Shown here: in pieces, positions 36,905 through 50,989 of the stretch
Layout: the number at the start of each line of letters is the position of its first letter
How positions within the stretch are numbered: position 1 is the stretch's first letter
Origin: Mobula hypostoma
Taxonomy: Eukaryota
Direction of reading: 5' to 3'
NCBI RefSeq assembly: GCF_963921235.1
Contig: NC_086097.1
Location: 41,542,001 to 41,606,000, forward strand
DNA: 64,000 nt
Translations under genes and position numbers: made by a program
Notes under the pieces: model-generated
Told to the model about the DNA's origin: nothing
What the model saw: the letters and a program-made list of their open reading frames with translations, nothing else
Databases searched by the model: none

Positions 36905-38312
36905 CACACAGAACATAATTTACAACACATTACAGGTCCTTCAGCCCAAAATGTTGTGCTGATCATCTAACCTTCTCTAGAAACTCCTAGAATTCCCCTC
37001 CCGCATAGCCCTCTATTTTTCTAAACTCCATGCATCTAAGAGTCTCTTAAAAGACCTTATTGTATCCACCTCTACCACTGTCGCCAGCAGCCCATTCCGC
37101 ACATCCATCACTCTCTGTGTGAAAAGCTTAACCCTGACATCTCCTCTGTACCTATTTCCAAGCACATTAAACTAGGCCCCCTTGTGTTAACCATTTCAGC
37201 CCTGGGAAAAAGCTTCTGGCTATCCACATGATCAATGTCTCTCATCATCTTATACACCTCTATCTGGTCACCTCTCATCCTCGGTTGCTCCAAGGAGAAA
37301 AGGTCAAGTACACTCAACCTATTCTGATAAGACACGCCCTCCAATCCAGACAACATTCTTGTAAATCTCCTCTGCACTCGATCTATAGTATCCACATCCT
37401 TCCTATAATGAGGTGACCAGAACTGAACACAGTACTTCAAATTGGTTCTAAATAAGGTCTTATATATCTGTAACATTACCTCACGGCTCTTGAACTCAAT
37501 CCCACGGTTGATGAAGGCCAACACATCATACGCTTTCCTAACAACATGGTCAACTTGCGCAGCAGATTTGAGTGTCTATGGACATGGACCCCAAGATCTA
37601 GTTGATCCTCCACACTGCCAAGAGTCTTACCATTAATATTATATTCTCTCTTCAAATTTGCCCTACCGAAATAAACCACTTCAAACTTATTTGTGTTGAG
37701 CTCCAGTTGCCACTTCTTAGCCCAGTTCTGCATCCTATCGAAGTCCCACTGTAACCACTGACAACCCTCCAGAATATCCACAACACCTTCCAACTTTTGT
37801 GTCACAGCAAACTTACTAACCCATCCTTCTACTTCTTCATCCAGGTCATTTATTTAGAATCACAAAGAGGAGGGGACCCAGAACAGATCCCTGCAGAACA
37901 CCACAGGTCACTGTCTTCCATTCAGAATACGAACCATTTACAACCACCCTTTGCCTTCTGTGTCCAAGCCAATTCTGGATTCACAGAGCAAGGTCTCCTT
38001 GGATCCCATGCCTCATTACTTTCTGAGTGAGCCTCGCATGGGGAACCTTATTAAATCCCTTACTGAAATCCACTGCATTAGCTCATCAATGTGTTTTGTT
38101 GCATCCTCAAAGAATTCAATCAGGTTTGTAAGGCGTGACCTGCCCTTGACAAGCCATGCTGACTATCCCTAATCAGATCATGTCTCTCCAAATTTTCATA
38201 AATCCTGCCTCTCAGGATCTTCTCCAACAAATTGCCCACCACTGAAATAAGACTCAGTGGTCTATAATTTCCTCGGTTAGCTCTACTCCCTTTCTTGAAC
38301 AATTGAACAATG
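36905..38312 (-). mobile_element. 5'-truncated CR1
   Basis: Frameshifted RT ORFs 38120-38317, 37476-37805 and 37108-37524. Confidence 0.92.
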
Positions 38313-41300
38313 GCCATTTTCAGCTGTTCCTCACAGTCACAAGTGGAATGTTCTCGGATGATTATACATTGTTCAATTTCATTGATAACTCCTCAGCAAA
38401 AAGAGCAGTCCACACCTAATCGTGTACACATACATACACACGATTATGAGAGTTGGACTTTGATTGGGTAGGTTTCAGGGGCTGATAGATCTTTCCTCAC
38501 TTACAAATTCTAAGGAGGCTGATGATATGAGTTAAAGCCCAGATTTCCAGCTAATTTTACCATTTACTTCACTGGATTGAATATGATTGCCAAGCTTGAG
38601 TCTCGTTTTTTTGGACTTAGATTTCCATATCGTTATCTTGTTGAAATGGGTTGTTAACAAAAGTCAATCTTACTTGACAGAATTACTGGCATAGCCCTCC
38701 CTTAACTAACGATAACATTTTACTTGTCCACCCACTGTCCAATATCACATGTGTTTGCCTGCAGTAATTTGGTTACTGCTTGTATTTTCCTAGACATATT
38801 AATTAGTCTGTGGAAGCTGGTGGCAGGAACAATATTGCTTTTCAGAATAAAATCCATCAAATTATAATAAACATGAGAAACAGCACAGAGCCAAGTGCAC
38901 CTCTCTGAGGGGCTCCTGTGAACATGTTGTCATAAGGAGATAAATACTTTATGTTTGTGTCCTCTAAGGAAGTCATTTAAGTAGCAGAACAGCTGACTAA
39001 GTCTAGTCGCAGAACGAAGAATGATTCATGGTTACCATTAGAACCCCTCGATTGCTTTCCATTCTCTGAGATTTTATAAAGGAACTCAGCATTTTGAGAG
39101 CTGTACTAATTATGTGCTGTCCTTCATATAAACTGTGTGTTAATGTTCAATGTAAAGATTATAGATCCAAGAGTCGTGGTTGTGTTAATGATGAAGTACC
39201 AACCTTTGTTGTCTTTACATCACAAGAAGTGGAAGTCCCATCCTGACCATTGCAAATATGTAGATCAATGCTGAAATCCCAGAGCTGCCACTTGTGATTG
39301 CCTGCTGCAGAGAGCAGTGTCGTGGCCTTCTGAGGCACTGTAGGGAGTAAATGATCTTTGATCTTTGGAGAATCAGAGAATTACCTGCTACTCTCACTTG
39401 CTAAGACTCTGAAAAGTGACAGTTTGTTCCATTTGATGTAATTGAAACTTCAGTGCTGTATTAAGCCATGATTACTGCACAGTGATCTCTCCACCCTATA
39501 CAAAGCTAATTTTGTACAAATTAATTTTCATTCCCTAGGAATGGAGAAGTTCAATGGATCTTTAGGATGCTTAATTATGGCATTTCAACTTCAATCTCAG
39601 TCTCGTATGGAGTTTCCAATCTTTTAACTACTGCCTGTGTAAATTTTGTTTCTTCATTTCTTGGTTTTGCTGTCTCATGAAAGTTCTCTGGTGTGATTGG
39701 CTATTCTGCTTACACGATGAGATTAGTTTAATTAGTGTTGGACCCACTAACCCTGATGTTGCCAGTAATTGGAATCAGGGAAGGGTCCCAGAGATCATGA
39801 GATCCTGAAGGAGCATTCTTCCTTTCAATATTTCTATTAGTTTCTACATAGAAGAATACAGAGTACAAGAAAGTGTATATAAGTATTCAAAAAGAAGATT
39901 TTTAAAAACTACCAGTTACAGTATATCTACTCATAATAACAATCTCATTACCCAATATTCATGTAAGTTAGTCAATAGTTATATTGAAATATACTAATTT
40001 ATTACAAAAATGACTCTAACCCCTACCAAGACCAAAGCTGTTTATTAAGGGGAAAAAAGGTAAAATATCTTCTCATATAATAAAAAATTAATGATAGCCA
40101 ACATCTGAATTTAAACAACGAATTGAGGGTTTTGAAAGTTTTGAAAATAATTCAGAAAGGATCCCCACAATGTTTGAAAGTCTTGACGAGGTTCAGAAAT
40201 AGAACAACAAATCTTCTCTAAATCTAAGCATGACGTAATGTCACATAACTATTGAGCATGAGTAGGAGGAAAAACATCTTTCCATTTAAACAAAAGCGCC
40301 CTCCTAGCTATAAAAGAGCTAAAGGCCAAAATATGTAAATCAGATGTCTTCAGCTTGATTTCTTGTCCTGCAACAATACCGAATAGGGCCATCAGAGGAT
40401 TAGGCTTAAAATTGACTTTGAAAAGTAAAGAAAAAGTTTGAAAAACTTCCTTCCAATATTTTTCAAGACACGGACAGGTCCAAAACATATGAATTAATGA
40501 ATCTTCTCCATTATTACCTCTGTCACAGTAGGGAGATATATCTGAATAAAAACGAGATAGCTTATCTTTAGTCATATGGACTCTATGTACCACCTTAAAT
40601 TGTATGAGGGAATGGCGAGCACATAGCGATGAAGTATTAACCAGTTTAAAAATTTCATTCCAAGTTTTCTCAGATATTGATGTCTGTAAATCTTGTTCCC
40701 AGTGATTCTTAATTTTATCTAAAGGAACATTCCTCGTCTCCAGTAATATACCATAAGTATTAGATATTGAACCATTATGAAAAGGTGTCAAATTAAAAAT
40801 TACGCCTAGTAAGTTCTTATTTGAGCTTATAGGAAATATGCATAATTGAGATCTTAGAAAGTCTCTGATTTGTAGATATCTAAAAAAGTGAGTTTTGGGT
40901 AAGCCATATTTAGCTGACAATTGCAAAAATGAGAAAAAATTTCCTCCAACAAACAGATCCCAAAAACATATAATACCCAACCTGTCCCATTCTTTAAAAA
41001 CTAAATCAGTTATGGAGGGTTTTAAAAAAATTAGAATAAATGGGACTAGAAAGGGAAAATCTCAACAAACTAAAATATTTTCTAAATTGTATCCAGATCC
41101 TCAGAGTATGTTTAACTATTAAATTATCAGTTAGTTTACTTACAAATAAAGGAAGTGAGGATCCGAGAAGAGAAATAATAGAAAATTTATTAACAGAGTT
41201 AGCTTCTAAAGAAACCCATACCGGACAGTCTACAGGTTTAATATATTATAACCAAAACGTAAGATATTGTATATTAACTACCCAGTAATAAAACCTAAAA

Positions 41301-42921
41301 TTAGGTAAGGCTAAACCTCCAGACTTTTTAGGTTTTTGAAGATGAACTTTATTTAAACGAGGACGTTTATTTATCCATATATAGGAGGATAAAATAGATT
41401 CAAGGGAGTCAAAAAAGGATTTAGGAACAAAAGCAGGTTAAGCCTGAAAAAGATATATAAAATTAGGTAGAATATTCATATTAGTAGAATTAATTCATCC
41501 AATCAATGATATTGAAAGAGGTGACCAATTTAATGATATCTTTTTTACATGGTTCAATAAAGTAAGAAAGTTTTCTTTAAACAGGTGTTTGTAATTCTTA
41601 GTGACTGTTACACCCAAATAATTAAATTGATTCCTTACAATTTTAAAAGGGAGATTAGTATTAATTGATACCAAATTATTTAAAGGAAATCATTCACTCT
41701 TATGTAGGTTCAATTTATATCCTGAAAACCGGCTAAAACGGGAGAGTAAAGAAAGTATGCAAGGTAACAAGGTCTCAACATTAGAGATAAAAAGCAATAT
41801 ATCATCAGCATAAAGCGAGATTTTGTGGGTGATACCTCTCCTTAAAATACTACAAATACCATTAGATTCTCGAAAAGCAATGGCAATGGGTTCTAAAGCT
41901 AGATCAAAATGCAAATGACTTAATGGGCAGCCTTGTCTAGTTCCACGGTGAAGTTTAAATGGTTTGGAATTTTAAAAATTAGTGAGAACCTGAGCAGAAG
42001 GAGATAAATAAAGTAATTTAATCTATTGAATAAAATCTGGTCCAAAATTAAATTTTTCTAAGGTTGTAAATAAATAATTCCATTCAACCTAATCGAAGGC
42101 TCGAAGGCCTTCTCAGCAGCTAAGGATATCGCACATTCTGATATCTCCTAAGAAGGAGAGTAAATAACATTTAATACACGGCTTATATTAAAATGGGAAT
42201 GTTGGTTTTTAATAAATCCAATCTGATCATGAGAAATAATAGAAGGTAAAATATTTTCAATCCTATGAGCCAGAACTTTAGGAAGAATTTTAGTATCAAC
42301 ATTGAGTAATGAAATTGGCCTATATGAAGAGCATTCAGCTGGGTCCTTGTTCTTTTTTAGGATAAGCGAAATAAAAGCTTCATAAAAAGATTGAGGCAAA
42401 CTACCCAATTTTAAAGAATCCAAAAAGACTTAAGTATAACCGCGGTATAACTAATGAAGAAAAAGCCTTATAAAATTCTCCAGAAAATCCAACTGGACCC
42501 GGAGCCTTTCCCAAGTGTAATGAACGTATAGCCTTGGTGATTTCCTCTTAAGAAATGAGTTGATCCATCTGTTTGCAATTGTCTGCAGAAAATGTAGGGA
42601 AAATTGATCCAGAAAATTATTCATTACAGTATTATCTTTAGGGGAATCAGAACTATAAACTTTAGAATAGAATTCTCTAAAAGTATCATTTATTTTAGAG
42701 TAATCAATTGTCCTACCACCATTAGTTTTGCAAATTTCTTTAAGTTGTCATTTAACTACAGAAGTTTTCAATTGGTTGGCCAATACTTTGCCTGATTTAT
42801 CTCGGTGAATGTAAAATTATCATCAAGAAGTTGAGTTTCAATTGGGTATGTTAACAGAAGATCATATTTAGTTTTTAACTTCAACACGTCTTTTATATAA
42901 AACAGGATCTGGAGCTATAGC

Positions 42922-43309
42922 AACACACATCAAAGTTGCTGGTGAACGCAGCAGGCCAGGCAGCATCTCTAGGAAGAGGTACAGTCGACGTTTCGGGCCG
43001 AGACCCTTCATCAGGACTAACTGAAGAAAGAGCTAGTTAGGGATTTGAAAGTGGGAGGGGGAGGGGGAGATCCAAAATGATAGGAGAAGACAGGAAGGGG
43101 AGAGATGGAGCCAAGAGCTGGACAGGTGATTGGCAAAAGGGATATGAGAGGATCATGGGACAGGAGGCCCAGAGAGAAGGAAAAGGGGGAGGGGAAAAAA
43201 CCCAGAGGATGGGCAAGGGGTATAGTCAGAGGGACAGAGGGAGAAAAAGGAGAGAGAGAGAAAGAATGTGTGTATATAAATAAATAACGGATGGGGTACG
43301 AGGGGGAGG
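42922..43309 (-). mobile_element. Penelope-like 3'UTR unit inserted into L1 ORF2, 12-bp TSD
   Basis: TSD TGGAGCTATAGC at 42910-42921 and 43310-43321; homologous to ~21872-22258. Confidence 0.92.
42983..43018 (-). ncRNA. Minimal type-I hammerhead ribozyme motif
   Basis: Minus strand AGTC-CTGATGA-A-GGGTCTCGGCCC-GAAAC-GTC-GACT; stem II closes with GGG/CCC. Confidence 0.8.
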
Positions 43310-46300
43310 TGGAGCTATAGCTTATTTTTGATCTAACTGTTTCAATTGATTGGCTAATTCCATTCTTTCTTTATTAGCTTTATTCTTAACACTCGCAGTA
43401 TAAAAATTAATTTGTCCTCTAATATAGGCATTGAAAGCATCCCATACAATAATATTAGAAGTCTCTTCCTTTTCATTCTCTTCAAAAAACAAAATAATAT
43501 GCTTCTCTCGAAATTTTAAATATTCCTTATCAGATAACAAAGTTGTATTAGAACGCCAAAATCTGTTGGTTTGAGGAAGGCCAGGGAGTTTTATAGATAG
43601 AAATATAGGAGCATGATCTGAAACAGCAATCTCTTTATATTCATAGGAGTGAACTGATGAAATCATTTGACTATCAATAAAAAATAATCAATCCTGGAAT
43701 ACGTATGATGAACATGGGGAAAAAAACGAATACTTCCTGTCTAAAGGATGTAAAAAATGCCAAACATCAACAATACCACATTTCAATAAAAAGGATTGAA
43801 TAAACAAAGCTGATTTATTAAGAGACGCTGGTTTAGAAAATTATTGGTCTAAAATTGGGTCTAGCCAACAGTTAAAATCTCCTCTCCTCCCATCACCAAA
43901 GAATAAAGATTCAGAACTGGTAAAAACAAAAAAAAATGCTCAAAGAATCCTGGATCATCTACATTTGGGGCATACACATCGGCAAATACTATTAATTTAT
44001 TATCTAGTTTTCCTGAAACTATAACAAAATGTCCATTAGTATCAAACACTACTTTATGTTGGACAAAGGAAAGTGTATTGAAACTCCTCTAGATCTGGCC
44101 TGAAAAGAAGAGTGAAAGCAAAGTCCATTCCAACAGCTAAAAAAACGTAGATTATCACATTTGCGTATGTGAGTTTCTTGTAGGAAAATAATAGGGACAT
44201 TAAATTTCTTAATATAAGCAAAAATCTTATTACACTTAACAGGATGATTTAACCCTTTCACATTAAAACTAAGTAAATTGATAGTTTGGTCCATTTTTAA
44301 TATTATTTAAAGGAAGGATTAAAATGTCAGTTGAAAACCAAGCCATAAGCCCTAAGAAATGGTAACCAAGCAAGAAGTTGGCTAAAAATTCGAAAACAGC
44401 TTCTGAGAAAAAAAAACATAACCCGCCCACCTCCCAAAGAAAGAAAACTGACCAATAGAAAGTTGGCATCTACAACTACAGACAACCCCTCAAAAATAAA
44501 CTGGTGATTGCTCCAATTAGTTCCAAGGTTATTTATATTCCAACCTAGACTAAACAATACCCGAACGAGAGATTCAATTCTTGTATGTCAAAAATACAGT
44601 ATTAAAAATACGAAAGGAAATTAGTTACAAAGGTTTACCAAAAGTAAAAGATACAATTATTCATACAGAAAGACATTAAACATTTAATCTTATATCTTCA
44701 TGGAAAAACAGACTAAGCAGTTAGCCTTCAAATTTAGAAAATCTTTGTGCTTCAGCATTCGAACGAAACCATTCGAAGGGTCCATCTTTAATGAGATTCT
44801 CAGTCAAACTGCATGGCCTTGGGATGGGTTAAAACCCTTGTTACAAAAATTTCAACAAAGCTTGTTTAAACTTAGCACGTTCCTGCATAACACAAGCGAA
44901 TAATCTTCGAGAATCTTAATATTCCACCAATCATGTCCCTTTGACGGGATTTGCGAATTGAAAGTTTCTCATTTAATCTTGTGTCTTCAGGTAAGGAGAA
45001 ACTAAACAGCTAGCCTTCGGATTTTAAAAACCTTTGTGCTTCAACAATCGAGCGGAATCATTTGAAAGATCCATCTGTAAGTGTAAGGCTTGAAACCCTT
45101 ATTAAAAAGCTCGGACATAACTTCCTTGAACTTAACACGTTCCTGCATAACCTCAGGCGAATAATCTTCGACAATTCTAATCTTGCGACCATTATAATTA
45201 ATCATACCTCTTCGACGAGATTCAAGAATTAAGAGTTCCTTTGTTTTAAATTCCTGAAAACAGATTATTACTGATCTTGGTTTCTGACCCTTAGGAGGTC
45301 TAAATGCAGGAGATCTGTGAACTCGATCAATCATAGGCACAGACATCAAAATCTCCGGAAATAACTCTTGCAAAAAGTTTGCAAAAAACTCCATAGGATG
45401 ATTACCTTCGATTAATTCTTCTAGACCCAGAACCCATAGATTGTTCCTTGTACTATTATTTTCTAGGTTGATAATCTTCTGCCTTAACTTTTTGTTGGAC
45501 TTCGATTGCTTTTCACAAAGCTTCTGCAATTCATCCACTTCTGTTTCCAGAGATGACAAAATTTCTTCAGTATTTTTATACGTTTATCATGTTCATTAAA
45601 AGTTTGTTGAATGGAATCCAATTTACCATCTATTTGTTTAAATTCAGTGCTGAATTGTTGAAACTTCTCAGAGGCTTCTCGTGTATGACTTTGCAGCAAA
45701 TCCATAATAGAATCCAAAGAAACAGGGGAATCATCCTTTTTAGTACCTCTGTCCCTCCTTATATCCATAATGAAAGAATATCACACTTAAAAAAGAAGTT
45801 TCAAGACAGGTTGGAAATAGTAAGATAATTAGGATTGGAGCAACGGCAGATTGCTGTTACTCTATCAGCCACCACCAGGAAGTCTCCGAAGCAGCATTCC
45901 TAAAGGCATTCATACATGTATAGAAACTTCACTGGAAATATGCAAAGTGCATCTGATAGAAAAATATGTGGATGTGCTTACTGTGGACTTCAGCCTGTCT
46001 GACTCCCACCACCTCCTACAATTTCTGTGGCATGAATTCATTCTGTGGCAACATTATCCATGGCTGGGACTATAGTTCAATTGTTCCAGTTAATATCAAA
46101 GAATGTACAGAGTACAACCTGAAATTCTTGCTCTTTGCAGAAATCCACAAAAACAGAGGAGTACCCCAAAGAATGAATGCCAGTAAAAGCAGTAGAGCCC
46201 CAAAACCCCTCTTCTCCTCCTTCCCACACACAAGCAACAGCAAAGTATCAACCCTCCCCCACTTATTTCAGCAAAAAGCATCAGCACCCACCACCCACCA

Positions 46301-46815
46301 AACAAGCAATAGTAAAGGCCCCAAGAGAGACCATGATCTGCAGGACGGAAAACTAATCATTCACCTGATCGATTCGACATGCCGGAGGCTCTCTCTTTAC
46401 GTAGAAATGTCAAGAAAGATTGCACTTACTCAGTTACCAGTGAGAATTAACAAACAATTACACAGAGAAACACGATGATACAAATCTGCAAACCACACAT
46501 GTACAATTAATGTGGCTTTCACTAGCAACTTCGAATGACACATAACTGCACAATATTTTTATGCCATAGAATAGTGTGGAACAATTTATCAGCCAATGTC
46601 TTCGATCAATACTAAAAGCAAGGTCAAGAATGATTTTGATTTCTGCTCCATAAGTCAACTTAAGAGTTCTCACCCTTAGTTTAAGCGCACTTACATTGAC
46701 CTTGGCACAATCAATTTCCCCTTCAGAATTGTGTCTGTTTGCTGAAATAAAAATGGAATTGATAATATGAAACAGGAAAGTAAGGCTGAGCTATGTTAGC
46801 TCATTAAAACAAGAT

Positions 46816-49800
46816 CACTTCGGCTTTCAAGATGGCACCGGTATCTGGCGACTCTGTGCACGCTCTCCCGAGCAAACTGCCCTTTACACTATCCTATACC
46901 CGAGAAACCCTTTTAAACCTCCAATCTGCTACATCTAGCAAGATCCACAAAACCCTGGCGAAGCTACTGACCCAGCTGGAGATCATCATGCCAGAATTGC
47001 TTCTTCAACTCCGGACTGCCCTGGACCCAACCAGCAAGGCCTGGTCCGAAGCCCATCACATTCCCGGAGACCCGCAGCCTGCTACCATGCCGGAGCGCTT
47101 GGAGACGTGGTCCATTCTGACCACTCCGGAGCAGACGACCAAAACAAAGTGAGGTCGGAGACCTCAAGGTGCCCCAGATGCTTCCCCGGAGCAACCACCG
47201 TAAAGCCCCGTTGGTGGCCATCCACAGCTGCCGGAAATGAGGCCTCCACCGCCGACCTCGGAAATCGAGCCCGAGGCTCAGCTGGAACAGAGGCCTTCGC
47301 AACCATGACTCAGCTCACGGACTTGTTTCAGCCAGGAGCCCAGCCCTCCAGGATTAAGTGTCGGCATCGGGGCCCAACCCAATCGACAGCCCGGGCCCCC
47401 GGCAGCTGGAAGTGGCAGTGGAGCCTCCCCTGTCACTCGGCCCGACCCGGAGCGCCCGATGACGTGACCCGTCGATCGATCTCCACGGGACGCGTCCACC
47501 AACCTCAAAGAACTGACAATGACATACTGCATCTATGGAAACCTGGAAAGATGCACTATTTACCGAGGAAGCGCGGGAAAAGAGCTGGGCTGCTGGTCAG
47601 ATTGAAGCTGAGGGGCTTCAGGGTCCCTATGCCCACCATCCTACGAGCTAATGTGCAAGCCATTGAGAATAAGGTGGATGATCTTAAAGGGAGACTCACC
47701 TACTGCAGGGAGATGCAGAACTGCTATGTATTCTGTTTCACTGAGACCTGGCTCTCCCCTGCCACCTCCGACTGTGCCATCTGACCGGAGAGATTTTTGA
47801 TCCTTCGGATGGACCGCATGGCGTCTTCGGGCAAGACAAGGGGAGGTGGTGTCTGCCTACTGATCAACACTGCGTGGTGCTCGGACACAGTGGCACTGAA
47901 AACCTCCTGCAGCCTGGACCTGGAACACCTGTCGGTGAAGTGTCGTCCCTACTATCTGCCACGGGAATTCACCTCGGTCATACTGACAGCGGTCTACATT
48001 TCCCCTCAGGCAGACGTGGAGTGTGCTCTGAACATACTGTATACCAACATCAGTGGACTTGAGACCAGGTATCCGGAGGCTTTGCTCATTTCAGCGGGGG
48101 ACTTTAACCGGGCCAACTTCAGAAAGGCGCTGCCAAAGTTATACCAACATGTCTCCTGCCCCACTAGAGGCCCGTGTATACTTGACCACTGCTACACAGC
48201 AGTCAAGGATGCCTACCGTTCCGTCCCACGACCTCACTTCGGAAAATCGGACCATCAGGCCGTACTCCTCCACCCGGCTTACAAACAGAAACTGAAGCGG
48301 GAGGTCATGGTGTCAAAAGTAGTGTCACGTCGGACGGAGGAAACGGATGAGGTCCTCTGTGACTGCTTTGAATTGGTGGACTGGTTAGTATTCAAGGACT
48401 CGGCAGCTAACCTCGATGAGTATGCCTCAGCTGCCACGGACTTTGTTTGGAAATGTATGGAGGACTGTGTGCCTCGCAAGATGATCCAGGTATTCCCTAA
48501 CTGGAAACCTTGGATGAATTATGAGGTCAAGTCCCTTTTGAAGGCTAGAGCTGAGGCTTTTAGATCTGGGGATACCAGTCGCTACACGGAATCCAGGCGT
48601 GAACTCCGGAAAGCCAGTAAGGGCGCCAGGAGGCAACATCGAGCCAAGTTGGAAGCCCAGGCTAACCAGAGGGATGCCGGTAGACTATGGCAGGGTCTAA
48701 ATGAGATCACTGGGCACAAGGAAAAGGCTGGGAATATCAATAATTGTGGTGCTTCTCTTCCTGACAAACTTAACGTATTCTACGCAAGATTCAAACAGAA
48801 GAGGAGCGTCCCGCTCCCTCCGGATGAACCGGGACTGGTGGCATCGAGATTCATCGTCACCGAGGAAGACGTTAGAAGGGCCTTCCTGAAGATAAATCCA
48901 AGGAAGGCGACGGGCCCAGATGGCATCCCGGGATGGGTTCTCCGGGCCTGTGCAAGCGAGCTAGCTGGAGTGTTTGCTGACATCTTCAACTGCTCCTTGC
49001 TTCAGTCTAAGATCCCCTCCTGTTTTAAGAAGGCAACGATAAACCCAGTGCCGAAGAAGAGCCAGATGGCATGCCTGAATGACTATCGACCTGTGGCTCT
49101 GACATCGATTGCTATGAAGTGCTTTGAAAGGTTGGTTATGGCACACATCAACCACAGCCTACCGGTCAACCTCAACGCTTTGCAATTCATCTACCGGAGC
49201 AACAGGTCAACGGCAGATGCCATCTCTCTGGCCCTACATTCCTCCTTAGAACACCTGGAGAATAAAGACGCATATGTAAGGCTCCTTTTCATTGACTACA
49301 GCTCTGCCTTTAATACCATCATTCCAAATAAATTGATTCCTAAGCTCCGGAACCTGGGCCTTATCACTCAGATCTGCAGCTGGATCTTCAGCTTCCTCAC
49401 AGACAGGGCCAAGGCTGTAAAAATAGGGGACAAGCTCTCCTCTACAATCACTCTGAGCACTGGTGCCCCACAAGGCTGTGTACTCAGCCCCCTGCTGTAC
49501 TCACTGTACACCCATGATTGTGTAGCCAAGTTTCCATCAAACTCAATATATAAGTTTGCTGATGACACCACAATTGTAGGTTGTATCTCGGGTAATGATG
49601 AGTTCGAGTACAGAGAGGAAATTAAGAACCTGGTGGCATGGTGCGAAGACAATAACCTATCCCTCAATGTCAGCAAGACGAAGGAATTGGTTGTTGACTT
49701 CAGAAGGAGTAGCGGACCGCACGACCCCATTTACATCAGTAGTGCGCAAGTGGAACAGGTCAAAAGCTTTAAGTTCTTCGGGGTCAATATCACAAATGAC

Positions 49801-49818
49801 CTGACTTGGTCCAACCAT
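46816..49818 (+). mobile_element. Rex1/Babar LINE, 5' end present, 3' end missing
   Basis: APE start in ORF 47107-47784 (ANVQAIENK, FCFTETWL), single in-frame stop 47782-47784, then 688-aa ORF 47797-49863 (GDFN, GKSDH, DYRPVALTS, IDYSSAFNT, GAPQGCVLSPLLY, KFADD). Homology ends abruptly after LTWSNH. Confidence 0.95.
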
Positions 49819-50989
49819 TCTGGGCTTAATCAACCAAAATGTTTCAAATTGTCTTTAATATAAACTAAAGAAAGAAAATTAAAGAACTAGGTCATTAACA
49901 TTTGATATGCTCATTCTATAGTCTAAGAGGTTAACCATGAATTTTGTTTTATGCTGGTCTTCCTCACAAATATTTAGTCCGAATCAAAAAAGAGAATGTT
50001 TACTGAATAATAATGTATGGGAAAGGTTTTTTTGTGGAGACTGGAATTTTAATTATATTTTAAATGCAATTTTGCTTGTCCAGTAATCTTTCCAATAATT
50101 TCACTCCAGGAATTGGTTTAGTTCAAGAAGAAGGATGGATTTAGAAGTATCATCTAATCCCAAAAACAATCATGATTGGTCATAGACTTTAGTAAAGCTT
50201 GAATGTTTAGGCTGGCTTCTGGCACACAAACTCCTTGGTCCAGACTGAATAGCACTTGTAATCACTGCCCTTCTTGGACCTTGTGCAGTTGTCTCACCAA
50301 TGGCTGGTTTCCTCAGCATATGTGCAACAGAGCAGAAGTAGATGCTTTAAGACCAATCATTTCAGAAGTAATACCACATGCTAAAGAACGTTATAGTCAT
50401 CGCACTTGCACTTGGCCTCTCAGAACGAAGGAACTGTTTCATATTTCAGTTTTACTAAGCGGCAATCAAAATGTCATGTTCAGGTATTAGTAGAAATTCA
50501 TTGCAAAGGATAAAAATCCCAGAGCCTGGAAAATGTGTCTCAGTGGAAGAGAGATACCAATAAACCTCTCTCAAAACAATGCATGGATGGGTTCTTGCTT
50601 GTTAGTCCATATATTTTTACTGTTGCCAGTGTGTAAGTGAAGTAGGCTCTTGGCAAAACCCAAAACAAAGTGGATGGTGCTATTTCAGGCAGAAGAACTG
50701 GGAGCAACTTTAGTCCGCAAGCCGTCCAATTCAGATTTGCAGTCCTAATTGGCCATACCCACATAACAGAAGCAAACTCTGCATGAAGTATGCTGCAGCT
50801 GATCTCCAGACCCATAGGTTTGTTCTCAAGTTGGAATATTTGCAGCTGACGAGAGTAACCTACTGCCTAATTCCAAACCAGCTGCCCTCAATTTTTTGAG
50901 ACAATTTCATCAAAGGAATATCACGTTCCCAACTTATTCTTGAACAACAACTACGTTTTCCATTACTGATCATCAAGGTAAGATAACGT

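Larger units (their letters stand above)
39819..45887 (-). mobile_element. Full-length but disabled L1 LINE (ORF1 + ORF2)
   Basis: ORF1 pieces 45484-45768 and 45041-45559 (RNNLWVLGLEE, IDRVHR, PRSVI, EDYS). ORF2 APE 44049-44294 (SFNVKGLN, FLQETH), SDHAP, RT (YRPISLLNVD, YADD), C-terminal HMFWTC. Candidate TSD GAAG(G/C)AGCATTC at 39807-39818 and 45888-45899. Confidence 0.92.
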
